In this document: positions 19,817 through 32,790 of the stretch, in pieces
Layout of the letters: each line of letters starts with the position of its first letter
How positions within the stretch are numbered: the stretch's first letter is position 1
NCBI GenBank assembly: GCA_017418945.1
Contig: JAFOMI010000005.1
Coordinates: 1-62,453, forward strand
Origin: Bacilli bacterium
GTDB taxonomy: Bacteria; Bacillota_I; Bacilli_A; RF39; UBA660
DNA length: 62,453 nucleotides
Direction: 5' to 3'
Made by a program: the position numbers and the translations under genes
The notes under the pieces: generated by a model
What the model saw: only the letters and a program-made list of their open reading frames with translations
Databases searched by the model: none
What the model was told of the DNA's origin: nothing

Positions 19817-21154
19817 CTACTTTCCTAAACAAAATCTACTAAATATTTTATCTATTAATTCATTATCATAACTATCTCCAGTTACTTCTCCTAAATAATC
19901 TATTATATTTTTTATGTCTATTTCAAGCATATCTATTGGAATATTATTATTTAAAGCTTCAACTAGATTATTTGAAGCTTTTTTAGCTTTCTTTAATAAA
20001 GATATTTCTCTTGCATTTGAAATATAAGTCATATCTCCATCATTAATTTCATCTAATTTAAATAATTCATTTATTTTATTTAATAATTCTTCAATATCAT
20101 TATTTTCCGCACTTACTGATACATGATCTAAATCTAATATTAATTTACTATCTAAATCTTTTTTATTAACAACAATAATTCTTTTTTTATTCTTTGTTTT
20201 TTCAAGTAAATCTTTATCTTCATCAGTTAATTTCTCATTATTATTTAATACTAATAATACTAAACTAGCACTATCTAATAAAGATAAACTTTTTTCTACT
20301 CCAATTTTTTCCACAGTATTTGTTGTTTCTCTTACTCCTGCGGTATCTAAGAAATTAATTAAAACACCATTAATTCTAATACTTCCTTCTACTATATCTC
20401 TTGTTGTTCCTGGTATATCTGTTACTATTGCTTTATCTTCATCTAATAATCTATTTAATAAAGAACTCTTTCCAACATTTGGTCTTCCTATAATAACAGT
20501 ATTAATTCCTTCTTTTATAAGTTTTCCACTTTCAGAAGTCTTTAATAAATCATCAATCTCACTATTTAATTCATTAGAAAATCTTTTTATATCCTCAATT
20601 GTCATTATCTCTATATCTTCATATTCTGGATAATCTATATTAACTTCTATATTTGATATTAAATTCAATGCTTTATCTCTTAATTTTTTTATTTTACTTG
20701 ATAATCTTCCTTCTACACCAGATATTGCTAATTTTCTTGCACTTTCAGTTTTGGCATCTATTAAATCCATTACAGATTCAGCTTCTATTAAATCTATTCT
20801 ACCATTTAAAAATGCTCTTTTAGTAAATTCACCTGGTTCTGCAAGTCTTGCACCATTTTCAAGTAATAATTCTAAAATCTTATTAGTAACAGATATTCCC
20901 CCATGAGTATTTATTTCTATTATATTTTCTTTAGTATAAGTTTTTGGAGCTAAGAATACTGAAATTAAAACTTCATCTATTACTTTACCGTTTTCAATAA
21001 TATGTCCATAGTTAATAGTATTTGATTTAAATGAATATATATTTCTATCAAATATTTTATTTACAATTTCAAGAGCTTCATCACCACTAATTCTAACAAT
21101 TGAAATTGCTCCTACACCTTGTGCTGTTGAAATAGCTGCAATAGTATCGTACAT
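19817..21154 (-). CDS. mnmE: tRNA modification GTPase MnmE (TrmE)
   Basis: Has a G domain (GRPNVGKSSLLN, DTAG, NKKD) and the C-terminal CLGK motif. Confidence 0.97.
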   Translation of the reverse strand: MYDTIAAISTAQGVGAISIVRISGDEALEIVNKIFDRNIYSFKSNTINYGHIIENGKVIDEVLISVFLAPKTYTKENIIEINTHGGISVTNKILELLLENGARLAEPGEFTKRAFLNGRIDLIEAESVMDLIDAKTESARKLAISGVEGRLSSKIKKLRDKALNLISNIEVNIDYPEYEDIEIMTIEDIKRFSNELNSEIDDLLKTSESGKLIKEGINTVIIGRPNVGKSSLLNRLLDEDKAIVTDIPGTTRDIVEGSIRINGVLINFLDTAGVRETTNTVEKIGVEKSLSLLDSASLVLLVLNNNEKLTDEDKDLLEKTKNKKRIIVVNKKDLDSKLILDLDHVSVSAENNDIEELLNKINELFKLDEINDGDMTYISNAREISLLKKAKKASNNLVEALNNNIPIDMLEIDIKNIIDYLGEVTGDSYDNELIDKIFSRFCLGK

Positions 21155-21185
21155 ATAATCACCTCTTAATTAAATATATCATTTT

Positions 21186-21217
21186 TTTAAAAAAAGAAAA
21201 AGTAGCGAAGCTACTTT
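21186..21217 (-). terminator. Intrinsic terminator after jag
   Basis: The minus-strand RNA reads AAAGTAGC-TTCG-GCTACTTT followed by a T-rich run. Confidence 0.6.
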
Positions 21218-21219
21218 TG

Positions 21220-21834
21220 TTATCTTTCTATATATTTTATAACAACTTTTCTATTAGGTTCTTCCCCTTCACTTTCAGTTGATATATTTTTAAAATCTGC
21301 TAAAGCACTATGAACTAATCTTCTTTCATATGAATTCATTGAATCCATAGTAATTGGTTCTTTTGTTTTTAAAACTTCTTTTGCTAATTTTTTAGCTAAT
21401 CTTTCAATATTGTGTTCTTGTCTTTCTTTATAGTTTTCAACATCTAATACTACATTAATATGCATATTAGTTTGTCTATAAATAGCTGCTCTTAATAATG
21501 TTTGAATAGATGAAAGAGTTCTACCATTCTTACCTATTAAAATTGAACTGTTTTCAGAATGCATAGTTATTTTAATATAATTTTCAGTTCTTTGAGTTTC
21601 TAATATAATATCTTCTAAACCCATTCCTTTTACTACGTTTTTTACAAATTCCTTTGAAAAATCAATAACATCACTTTTTAAAACAACATTTAAATTATAT
21701 TTTTTCTTTTTTAATAATCCAACTGTTTCTTCTTTGACATCTGTTATCATTTCATCTTCTTTTACATTTAATTCTTTTAATGCTTGAAGAGTTAATTCTT
21801 CAATATTTTTTCCTTCAAAATTATATTTTTTCAT
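21220..21834 (-). CDS. jag: RNA-binding protein Jag/KhpB (KH + R3H domains)
   Basis: Has a KH-like segment (IGKNGRTLSSIQTLL) and an R3H segment (MNSYERRLVHSAL). It lies downstream of yidC. Confidence 0.85.
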   Translation of the reverse strand: MKKYNFEGKNIEELTLQALKELNVKEDEMITDVKEETVGLLKKKKYNLNVVLKSDVIDFSKEFVKNVVKGMGLEDIILETQRTENYIKITMHSENSSILIGKNGRTLSSIQTLLRAAIYRQTNMHINVVLDVENYKERQEHNIERLAKKLAKEVLKTKEPITMDSMNSYERRLVHSALADFKNISTESEGEEPNRKVVIKYIER

Positions 21835-21846
21835 AACACTTACTCC

Positions 21847-22794
21847 TTACATACTTTTTTTAGTTTTAATTTTCTTTGCTACTAAGTTTTGAGCTATTGC
21901 AAATAATGTTGATGATATCCAGTATAAAGATAATGCAACAGAAAAGTTAATAGACATAATTGCAAACATAATTACCATCATATTACCCATCATATTAGGA
22001 TTAATATCATTAGTTTGTGGAGTTGGAGCTGTTTTATTTAATTTTTGTTGAATATATGTTGTTACTACTAATAATAAAACAATAATAATATATTCATAAT
22101 GACCACCCATAATAGCTTTTAATGGAGTTGATCCTAAAATAAGTCCAAATAATTTTCCTTCAAAAATAACTGGTACTCTATTAATTGCTTCATAGAATGC
22201 AAATAATAAAGGAATTTGAATAAATGCAAATAAACAACTTGAGAATGGATTAACATTATATTTCTTATATAATTGCATTGTTTCTAATGATTTTTTTTGA
22301 ATTGATTCTTGATCAGTTTTACCTTCATATTTTTTTTCAATTCTATTTAATTCAGGTTGCATTTCTTTCATATATTCAGATTGCATTGCAGTCTTTTGAG
22401 TAAATGGTACTAAAATTAATCTAATTAATAAACCAATTACTATAATTGAAATACCATAGTTATTAATAAATTTATTTAATCTAACAATTAACCAAGCTAA
22501 TGGTTTAACAAAAACAGTTTCCCATAAACCATCATAATTACTATCAGATATTTTAAAATTTTCACATTTTGGTAATTTACTAATATCTATTTGTTTCTTA
22601 TATTCATTATATTTTTCTATTAAACCTTTATCAGTAGGTTGACATAATATATTTTCATTTAATGTTATTTTAACTGAATCATCTTCATAATAGACTACTT
22701 TATTTGTTTTTTTATCTTTTAATACAGTTGTACATCCTGTTAATACAAATACCATAACAATTATAACTAATACTTTTTTAATTTTTTTATTCAT
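21847..22794 (-). CDS. yidC: Membrane protein insertase YidC/SpoIIIJ (lipoprotein type)
   Basis: Has a lipobox (VLTGCTT) and a YidC/Oxa1 core with multiple TM helices. It overlaps the rnpA stop. Confidence 0.92.
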   Translation of the reverse strand: MNKKIKKVLVIIVMVFVLTGCTTVLKDKKTNKVVYYEDDSVKITLNENILCQPTDKGLIEKYNEYKKQIDISKLPKCENFKISDSNYDGLWETVFVKPLAWLIVRLNKFINNYGISIIVIGLLIRLILVPFTQKTAMQSEYMKEMQPELNRIEKKYEGKTDQESIQKKSLETMQLYKKYNVNPFSSCLFAFIQIPLLFAFYEAINRVPVIFEGKLFGLILGSTPLKAIMGGHYEYIIIVLLLVVTTYIQQKLNKTAPTPQTNDINPNMMGNMMVIMFAIMSINFSVALSLYWISSTLFAIAQNLVAKKIKTKKSM

Positions 22795-23131
22795 CTTGTT
22801 CTCCTTCTAGTTTACATAATATATCTAACAAATATTTTTTCTTTTCATCAAAGGAATATTTGCTAATTTCTTTCCTTAATATTATAACATAATCATATTT
22901 GCTTGAAAATACTAAATTACTCTTATCTATAATGTCCTTAATTTGTCTTTTATTTTTATTTCTAGTAACTGCATTTCCTAACTTTTTAGATACACACACA
23001 CAGAATCTATAATATTTGTTATCCTTATTATTAAAAGAATATAAACAATAAAGTTTATTTTTATATAATTTTCCATTTTTTATAACTGTATCTATTTCAG
23101 ATTGTTTCTTAATGATATTTAATTTTTTCAT
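22787..23131 (-). CDS. rnpA: Ribonuclease P protein component
   Basis: 114-aa basic protein with an RnpA motif (GNAVTRNKNKRQIKD), in rpmH-rnpA-yidC synteny. Confidence 0.9.
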   Translation of the reverse strand: MKKLNIIKKQSEIDTVIKNGKLYKNKLYCLYSFNNKDNKYYRFCVCVSKKLGNAVTRNKNKRQIKDIIDKSNLVFSSKYDYVIILRKEISKYSFDEKKKYLLDILCKLEGEQDE

Positions 23132-23176
23132 ATTTTCACCTCGAATACAAAAAAAACCACTAAAATGTGGAATTAA

Positions 23177-23299
23177 TTATTTAGATAATCTTTTACGACC
23201 TTTTTGTCTTCTGCTATTTAATACTTTACCTTTAACTCTAGAAAAAAATCCATGTTTCTTTTTCATACTTCTATTATTTGGTTGAAAAGTTCTTTTCAT
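23177..23299 (-). CDS. rpmH: 50S ribosomal protein L34
   Basis: [18 protein letters not shown]... is canonical L34. The start is the ATG at 23299 after GGAGGTG, so the track's 21-aa extension is rejected. Confidence 0.95.
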   Translation of the reverse strand: MKRTFQPNNRSMKKKHGFFSRVKGKVLNSRRQKGRKRLSK

Positions 23300-23404
23300 A
23301 AAATTACACCTCCAAGTCAATAAAACATTATAGATTATAATAGTTTTTCTAAAATAAGTCAATTATTTTTTTGTAAATATAAAATTTATTGCATTTTTTA
23401 ACAT

Positions 23405-23600
23405 TTTTTGTGGAAAAGATTTAATTTTTTTCTTATAATATATAGTCAAATCAGTTTATAACATTTATTAACATACATGTGGAAAAATATTTTGTGTGGA
23501 GAAAATGATTGTTAAAACAATAAAATGTGGAAAATGTGGAAAATAATATTTTTTGTTTTAAAATAAATAAAAAATTTATAACAATTCCTGTGGAAAAGGG
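23405..23600. promoter_or_regulatory. oriC DnaA-box cluster (rpmH-dnaA spacer)
   Basis: Six same-orientation 9-mers TGTGGA(A/G)AA (complement TT(T/C)TCCACA) lie at 23409, 23478, 23495, 23526, 23535 and 23589. The pair at 23526/23535 abuts directly. The surroundings are AT-rich, and coding-strand polarity switches here. Confidence 0.8.
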
Positions 23601-23699
23601 TTGTTAATTATTTTTTGTATAGTTTTATTGTTCAAAAATCAAATAAAATAGTTTATAATAAAATATGATTAGTGAAAACTCTGTGGGGGAGGTGTTAAT

Positions 23700-25067
23700 T
23701 TGGATAATAAAGACTTAATATGGGAAAAATTTCTAAGTATTATAAAGAAAAGAATTAACTCCGTTGGTTATGATACATGGTTCAGTGAAGCTTATCTATA
23801 TTCTTTAAGTGATGAAGCAGTAATAGTTGTTCCAACAATAACTCATAAAAAACACTTAGAAGAAAAATATATGGATATTATCGAAGATATATTTAATTCA
23901 ATAACTGGAACCAATTTTATAATTAAACTAGTTCTTGAAAATGAAATAGAGAAGAAAGAAATAAAATTAAATGATGATTTAATTGATGAAGAAGTAGGTG
24001 TTCCTTTAGTTAGTTATAAAAAGACTAATTTAAATCCAGATTATACCTTTGAAAACTTTGTAGTAGGAGAAAGTAATAGATTTGCACAAGCTACTGCACT
24101 TGCTGTTGCAGAAAGTCCTGGTAAAATGTATAATCCTTTATTTATATATGGAAATAGTGGACTTGGTAAGACACATTTAATGCATGCTATTGGTAATTAT
24201 ATAATAAAAACAACTAATAAAAGAGTATTATATACAAATACAGATGACTTTGTAACTGAATTTTTAGGATTAAATAGATCTTTTAATAAAGGAAATAATT
24301 TAGAAAAAGTTGCAGCATTTAAAGATAAATATAATAATATAGATGTATTAATAATAGATGATATACAATATTTAGGAAATGCTCCTAAATCACAAGAAGA
24401 GTTTTTCCACACATTTAATAAACTTTTTGATAACAAAAAACAAATAATAATATCTAGTGATAATTCACCAGATGATTTAAAAAATCTAGAAGATAGATTA
24501 AAAACAAGATTTAACTGTGGATTAAAAGTTAATATTTTTCCACCAGACAATGAATTAAGAAAAAAAATATTAAAAAATAAGATAGCAAATATGAATTTTG
24601 AGTCTTCAATATCAGAAGATGTTATTGATTATATTGCTAATACATGCCAATCAGATGTTAGAAACTTAACTGGTGCATTAACAAGAGTATGTGCTTATAA
24701 CACAGTTTTCTACCAAGATGTTATAACATTAGATTTAGCTATAGAAGCATTAAAAGGTACAATCCATAATGCTACTAATACAACAAATGATATAGTAAAA
24801 ATACAAAGAGTAGTTGCAAATTATTATAATGTTACTGTTGAAGACCTAAAATCAAAGAGAAGAGTTTCTACAATAGCTTTTCCAAGACATATTGCAATAT
24901 ACCTATCTAGATTATTAACAGATGAATCATTAATAAGAATAGGAATGGAATTTGGTGGCAGAGACCATACAACAGTAATGAGTTCAATAAAAAAGATAGA
25001 TAAAGACATAAAAAGTAATAAACAATTAGCAGAAATAATTGAAGAAATTAAGAAAAAGTTAGAATAA
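23700..25067 (+). CDS. dnaA: Chromosomal replication initiator protein DnaA
   Basis: Has AAA+ Walker A (GNSGLGKTHL) and Walker B (LIIDDIQ) motifs and a domain IV DNA-binding signature (RHIAIYLSR...GGRDHTTV). The start is an apparent TTG at 23700, 5 nt after GGGGGAGGTG. Confidence 0.96.
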   Translation: MDNKDLIWEKFLSIIKKRINSVGYDTWFSEAYLYSLSDEAVIVVPTITHKKHLEEKYMDIIEDIFNSITGTNFIIKLVLENEIEKKEIKLNDDLIDEEVGVPLVSYKKTNLNPDYTFENFVVGESNRFAQATALAVAESPGKMYNPLFIYGNSGLGKTHLMHAIGNYIIKTTNKRVLYTNTDDFVTEFLGLNRSFNKGNNLEKVAAFKDKYNNIDVLIIDDIQYLGNAPKSQEEFFHTFNKLFDNKKQIIISSDNSPDDLKNLEDRLKTRFNCGLKVNIFPPDNELRKKILKNKIANMNFESSISEDVIDYIANTCQSDVRNLTGALTRVCAYNTVFYQDVITLDLAIEALKGTIHNATNTTNDIVKIQRVVANYYNVTVEDLKSKRRVSTIAFPRHIAIYLSRLLTDESLIRIGMEFGGRDHTTVMSSIKKIDKDIKSNKQLAEIIEEIKKKLE

Positions 25068-25230
25068 GGTGGAAAAAATATTTTAATTAACAACATTTTC
25101 AACATCTATAATTTGTTATAAATAAAGGGAAAAGTATAGTTTTAAACAGTTTTCCACTTCAATAAAAATAATAAAATACTATAATAAAAAAAATAAAAAA
25201 ACATTTTGAAAAAATAGAGGAGGATTTAAA
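25068..25230. promoter_or_regulatory. dnaA-dnaN spacer: second oriC half with candidate DNA-unwinding element
   Basis: Has near-consensus boxes GGTGGAAAA (25068) and inverted TTTTCCACT (25150), followed by an almost pure A/T tract (about 25161-25215). This is analogous to the bipartite B. subtilis oriC. Confidence 0.5.
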
Positions 25231-26352
25231 ATGAAATTTATTATTAAAAAAGAAATATTATTAGAAAATTTAAATTATGTATCACATGCAGTATCAACAA
25301 AGAATGTTATTCCAGTATTATCAGGAATTAAGTTTGATTTAAGAGAAGAAGGATTATATTTAATATCATCAGATAATGAAATAGATATACAAGTATTTAT
25401 TGATAAGAAATATATAAATAAAATAGAAAAAACAGGTTCTATAGTAATTCAAGGTAAGTTCTTATTAGATATAGTTAGAAAATTACCAGAAGGTGAAATT
25501 AATATTGAAGTTGTAGATGGATTAAAAATAATGTTATATAACGAAAACTCTAACTTCAATTTAAATGGTATTGATCCAGACGAATTTCCAAATTTAAATA
25601 TGGAAAAGAGTAATAATCCAATTAATTTAGATAAAAAAGTTATTAAAACTATGGTTAGTCAAACTATATATGCGACTTCTACGCAAGAAACAAGACCTAT
25701 TTTAACAGGATTAAACTTTAAAATAGATAATGATGTATTAGAATGTATAGCAACAGATTCATATAGATTAGCTAAGAAAACTATTAAATTAGAAAAAGCT
25801 GTGGAAAATCCAATTAATATAGTTATTCCAGGAAGAAATATTGGTGAATTAGTTAAAATATTAAATGATGACGAAGAAACAGTAAAATTACATATATTTA
25901 CTAATAAAGTATTATTTGAATTTGACAATATATTATTCCAATCTAGACTTTTAAATGATATATTCCCAAATATTAGTAGATTAATACCTACTGAATTTAA
26001 ATATGTTATTAAAGCAAATTTAAATGATATTTATAATGTTGTTGATAGAGCATCTTTATTAACAAGTGAAAAAGAAAAGAATGTTATAAAATTTGAAACT
26101 AATGAAAATACTTTAATTGTAACTAGTAATACACCAGAAATTGGTAGAGTAGAAGAAAAATTATCAATTTCTAAAGAAAATCCAGAAGATATTAAAATTG
26201 CTTTCTCAGCAAAACATATGATGGATGCGTTAAGAACAATTAATAGTAAAGATGTAAGAATATTATTAAATTCAGAAATAAGTCCAATTATTTTAAATAC
26301 TGATGATAGTGATGATTTATTACAATTATTAATGCCAATTAAAACAATATAA
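25231..26352 (+). CDS. dnaN: DNA polymerase III beta sliding clamp
   Basis: 373 aa with a three-domain clamp and a typical N-terminus (MKFIIKKEILLENLNYVSHAVS), downstream of dnaA. Confidence 0.97.
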   Translation: MKFIIKKEILLENLNYVSHAVSTKNVIPVLSGIKFDLREEGLYLISSDNEIDIQVFIDKKYINKIEKTGSIVIQGKFLLDIVRKLPEGEINIEVVDGLKIMLYNENSNFNLNGIDPDEFPNLNMEKSNNPINLDKKVIKTMVSQTIYATSTQETRPILTGLNFKIDNDVLECIATDSYRLAKKTIKLEKAVENPINIVIPGRNIGELVKILNDDEETVKLHIFTNKVLFEFDNILFQSRLLNDIFPNISRLIPTEFKYVIKANLNDIYNVVDRASLLTSEKEKNVIKFETNENTLIVTSNTPEIGRVEEKLSISKENPEDIKIAFSAKHMMDALRTINSKDVRILLNSEISPIILNTDDSDDLLQLLMPIKTI

Positions 26353-26356
26353 TAAG

Positions 26357-26386
26357 AAAAAAGTTCAAAAAATTGAACTTTTTTTA
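26357..26386 (+). terminator. Intrinsic terminator after dnaN
   Basis: AAGTTCAA-AAAA-TTGAACTT followed by T5. Confidence 0.65.
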
Positions 26387-26499
26387 TTTTTTCAACAATA
26401 AAAGACAATTTTTTTATATTTTATATATAAAAATAGTGGATATTATTTTCTTGTGGAGAAAATAATTTATAGAAATCAAATTAGATAGGGGGAATAAAA

Positions 26500-26952
26500 A
26501 TGATTTCTTATGAAATAAATTGTGATACATTAGCTTTAATTCCAGTATCTGAGAATGAAACAAAAATAATTGAAAAAGAAAGAGAATTTATTGTTAATGT
26601 ACCAGTATTTAAAATAATAGAAAACAGTTGTGAATATTTTGGGAGTTCTTATTTAGGAAGACATGAAGGAACTAAAAAATTGATAGGTATTACTCATAAA
26701 GCACCTATAATAATTGAAGAAACTAATAAATTAATATATTTTCCTACAAGTTCGCCTAGATTATTTAATTGTAGTTGGATAGGTTTAAATCATATAAAAA
26801 ATTATCAAAGTAATAATGGAAAAACTGTTTTATCATTTAATAATGATGAGAAAATAAGTCTTGATATTTCGTTTGGATCTTTTGATAATCAGGTTTTAAG
26901 AGCAACTAAATTAGAATCAGTTTTAAGAAAAAGAATAAATCAATCAAATTAA
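26500..26952 (+). CDS. comK: ComK-family competence transcription factor homologue
   Basis: 150 aa. It aligns by eye to B. subtilis ComK: CEYFGSSYLGRHEGT against CRFFGSSYAGRKAGT, ITHKAPIII against ISHKPPIMV, CSWIGLNHI against CGWISHVHV, and SFDNQVLRA against SFENQVYRT. Confidence 0.8.
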   Translation: MISYEINCDTLALIPVSENETKIIEKEREFIVNVPVFKIIENSCEYFGSSYLGRHEGTKKLIGITHKAPIIIEETNKLIYFPTSSPRLFNCSWIGLNHIKNYQSNNGKTVLSFNNDEKISLDISFGSFDNQVLRATKLESVLRKRINQSN

Positions 26953-26980
26953 GGCAAAAAATAGGTAAAAAAAGTAAAAA

Positions 26981-27004
26981 AAAGGGCAAAAACGCCCTTT
27001 TTTG
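26981..27004 (+). terminator. Intrinsic terminator after comK-like gene
   Basis: AAAGGGC-AAAAAC-GCCCTTT plus a T-run. It is immediately followed by an extended -10 (TGGTATAAT, 27005-27013) for recF. Confidence 0.65.
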
Positions 27005-27082
27005 TGGTATAATTATATTGTATGTGTAGGAGCATTATTTAAGGTGGTATGTTAAAAAAATGGTTAAAAAAATAGGGTTTAA

Positions 27083-30092
<3,010 letters not shown>

Positions 30093-30103
30093 GAGGATAA
30101 AAT

Positions 30104-32560
30104 ATGGATCACAGTAAAGATAAATTACAAGAAAATAATATTGTTAAAGAAATAGAAACATCATTCCTAGAATATTCAATGAGTGTTATCGTAGCAAGAG
30201 CGTTACCTGATCTTAGAGATGGTTTAAAGCCTGTTCATAGACGTATTCTATGGTCAATGTATGAATCAGGCTATACACCTGATAAACCTCATAAAAAGTC
30301 GGCTAGAATAGTCGGAGACGTTATGGGTAAATATCACCCACATGGTGACTCATCAATTTATGAAGCTATGGTTCACATGGCACAAGATTTTAGTTATAGA
30401 AACTGCTTAGTTGATGGACATGGAAACTTTGGTAATATTGAAGGTTATGGAGCAGCGGCAATGCGTTATACTGAAGCAAGACTTTCAAAAATATCATTAG
30501 AATTATTAAGAGATATACAAAAAGAAACAGTTGATATGATTCCAAACTTTGACGAATCAGAAAAAGAACCAGCTGTACTACCATCTAGATTTCCTAATAT
30601 ATTGGTTAATGGAACAATGGGTATTGCTGTTGGTATGGCAACTAATATTCCACCACATAATTTAGGAGAAGTTATTGATGGCTGTGTTGCATATATTGAT
30701 AATCCTAATATTGATACATTAGGTTTAATGCAATATGTTAAAGGACCTGACTTTCCTACAGGTGGTATAATTTTAGGAAATAGTGGAATAAAAAATGCTT
30801 ATGAAACAGGTAGAGGAACAATTACTATTAGAAGTAAAGCTTCTATTGAAGAAAAAGATGGCAAACATTATATAGTTGTTACAGAAGTTCCATATGGTGT
30901 AAATACTCAAATATTAAAAAATAAAGTAGCAGAACTTGTTCACAACAAAACTATTGATGGAATTGCAGATTATCATACTGATTTAAAAGATGGTGTAAAA
31001 ATTACAATTACACTTAAAAAAGATGCAAATGCCCAAGTTGTTTTAAATAATTTATATAAACATACTGATTTTCAAAAGAATTTTGGTGTAATATTCTTAA
31101 TGCTTGATAAAGGAGTTCCAAAAACTCTTGGATTAAAAGATATTATTTCAAAATACATAGATTATCAAAAAGAAATTATTATTAGAAGAACAAGATATGA
31201 TTTAAAGAAAGCTGAAGATAAAGTACATATCTTAGAAGGTTTAAAAATTGCCTTAGATCATATTGATGAAGTAATAAAGATAATTAGAGGATCTAAAACA
31301 GATGCTGAAGCAAGAGAAAAATTAATGAGCAATTTTGGTTTATCAATAGCACAAAGTGATGCAATTCTTGAAATGAAGTTAAGAAGATTAACTGGATTAG
31401 AAAGAGATAAAATAATTGCAGAATTAGAAGATTTATTAAAGAAAATTGAAGAATATAAGTCAATTTTAGCTAGTGAAGAAAAGGTATTAGCAATTATTAA
31501 ACAAGAATTACTAGAAATTAAAGAAAAATATTCGGATGATAGAAAAACTAAAATTGATATGACAGCAATAGACTTTATTGAAGATGAATCTTTAATTCCT
31601 GTTGAAGATATAATTATTAATTTAACAAATAAAGGTTATATTAAGAGATTACCTATTGATACATATAAAGTTCAAAACAAAGGCGGAGTTGGAGTTAAGG
31701 GTATGACAACTAATGAAGAAGACTTTGTTGAACAAATGGTTACTTTAAAGACTCATGATCATGTATTATTCTTTACTAATAAAGGTAAAGTTTATAGAAT
31801 TAAAGGATATGAAGTTCCAGAATTTAGTAGACAAGCTAAAGGATTACCAATAATAAATCTACTACCAATTGAAAAAGATGAATTTGTAAAAGCTATTTTA
31901 CCAGTAAGAGTAGAAGAAGGAATTGAAAATAAATTAATTACATTTGTAACTAAGAGAGGTCTTGTTAAGAGAACAGCAATTTCAGAATTTGAAAATATTA
32001 GAGTAAGTGGTAAAATTGCTATTGGATTAAAAGAAAATGATGAATTATTATCAGTATTTTTAACAAATGGTAATGATCAAATATTAATTGGAGCATCTAA
32101 TGGTAGAATGGTAAAATTTAATGAAGAAGAAATTAGAATTTTAGGTAGAACTGCTAGTGGTGTTAAAGGAATTGATATTGATGAAAATACTAGTTGTGTA
32201 AGTGCATCAGTTATTAATGAAAAAGATGAAATATTAATAATAACAGAAAAAGGTTATGGTAAACGAACAAACGTTTGTGAATATAGATTAACACATAGAG
32301 GAAGTAAAGGTGTTAAAGGATTAAATGTAACAGAAAAAAATGGTTCATTAGTATCAATTAATAAAGTTGAACCAGATTCTGATTTAATTATTATAACAAA
32401 TAGTGGTATTGTTATTAAAATTAGACTTGATCAAGTTTCTAAGATGAGTAGAGTTACACAAGGCGTAAGATTAATTAATTTAAAAGATGATCAAAAAGTT
32501 GCTACTGTATCATTATCAAAACAAGATAATAATGAAGAAGAAGTAACTGAAAATAATTAA
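30104..32560 (+). CDS. gyrA: DNA gyrase subunit A
   Basis: Contains [11 protein letters not shown], an active-site region ([10 protein letters not shown]) and a C-terminal beta-pinwheel repeat region. 818 aa. Confidence 0.98.
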   Translation: MDHSKDKLQENNIVKEIETSFLEYSMSVIVARALPDLRDGLKPVHRRILWSMYESGYTPDKPHKKSARIVGDVMGKYHPHGDSSIYEAMVHMAQDFSYRNCLVDGHGNFGNIEGYGAAAMRYTEARLSKISLELLRDIQKETVDMIPNFDESEKEPAVLPSRFPNILVNGTMGIAVGMATNIPPHNLGEVIDGCVAYIDNPNIDTLGLMQYVKGPDFPTGGIILGNSGIKNAYETGRGTITIRSKASIEEKDGKHYIVVTEVPYGVNTQILKNKVAELVHNKTIDGIADYHTDLKDGVKITITLKKDANAQVVLNNLYKHTDFQKNFGVIFLMLDKGVPKTLGLKDIISKYIDYQKEIIIRRTRYDLKKAEDKVHILEGLKIALDHIDEVIKIIRGSKTDAEAREKLMSNFGLSIAQSDAILEMKLRRLTGLERDKIIAELEDLLKKIEEYKSILASEEKVLAIIKQELLEIKEKYSDDRKTKIDMTAIDFIEDESLIPVEDIIINLTNKGYIKRLPIDTYKVQNKGGVGVKGMTTNEEDFVEQMVTLKTHDHVLFFTNKGKVYRIKGYEVPEFSRQAKGLPIINLLPIEKDEFVKAILPVRVEEGIENKLITFVTKRGLVKRTAISEFENIRVSGKIAIGLKENDELLSVFLTNGNDQILIGASNGRMVKFNEEEIRILGRTASGVKGIDIDENTSCVSASVINEKDEILIITEKGYGKRTNVCEYRLTHRGSKGVKGLNVTEKNGSLVSINKVEPDSDLIIITNSGIVIKIRLDQVSKMSRVTQGVRLINLKDDQKVATVSLSKQDNNEEEVTENN

Positions 32561-32564
32561 TATA

Positions 32565-32597
32565 AAAACTATGTTTCTTATGAAACATAGTTTTTTA
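32565..32597 (+). terminator. Intrinsic terminator after gyrA
   Basis: CTATGTTTC-TTAT-GAAACATAG followed by T6. Confidence 0.7.
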
Positions 32598-32616
32598 TAA
32601 ATAATAAAAAATATAC

Positions 32617-32644
32617 AAAAAATATTTCCCGGGAAATATTTTTT
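32617..32644. promoter_or_regulatory. Noc-binding-site (NBS) type palindrome, copy 1
   Basis: A perfect 28-bp palindrome, AAAAAATATTTCCCGGGAAATATTTTTT. Its core TATTTCCCGGGAAATA equals the published B. subtilis NBS consensus ATTTCCCGGGAAAT. Confidence 0.7.
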
Positions 32645-32656
32645 ATAAAAATTAAA

Positions 32657-32678
32657 TAATGTTTCACGTGAAACATTA
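32657..32678. promoter_or_regulatory. parS centromere-like site 1
   Basis: A perfect 22-bp palindrome, TAATGTTTCACGTGAAACATTA. Its core at 32660-32675 matches the Firmicute parS consensus TGTTNCACGTGAAACA. Confidence 0.8.
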
Positions 32679-32719
32679 AAAAAATTGACTTATTAAATAA
32701 TAAATAGTATATTATAAAT

Positions 32720-32790
32720 GCACAACGAAAAACTTGGAATCAGGTCAGGATAGAAATATAGCAGCCTTAACATTTAATTTTCGTGTGTGC
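32720..32790 (+). ncRNA. ffs: Signal recognition particle RNA, small (4.5S-like) form
   Basis: A single hairpin of about 71 nt. The 5' GCACAACGAAAA pairs with the 3' TTTTCGTGTGTGC. The conserved domain IV sequence CAGGUCAGG-AUA-GAAA-UAU-AGCAGCC corresponds to E. coli CAGGUCAGGUCCGGAAGGAAGCAGCC. TTGACT-N17-TATATT lies upstream (32685-32713) and a T7 run follows (32791-32797). Confidence 0.8.

Noticed and set aside
32569-32590. CTATGTTTC-TTAT-GAAACATAG considered as a sixth parS site, and the half-site at 33327-33350.
   Set aside because: The arms match parS but the central CACGTG is replaced (TTAT) or disrupted by an insertion. The first is followed by T6 right after the gyrA stop and behaves as an ordinary intrinsic terminator. 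It may be evolutionarily related to parS, but it is not called as a binding site.
32617-32644. The A6-palindrome-T6 28-mers considered simply as bidirectional intrinsic terminators, or as chance SmaI/PmlI-type restriction palindromes.
   Set aside because: This is not fully excluded and is kept as the alternative hypothesis in the finding. However, gyrA already has its own terminator upstream of copy 1, and copy 2 is not at a gene end. The 16-bp cores match the NBS and parS consensus sequences exactly, which is hard to attribute to chance in two adjacent families.
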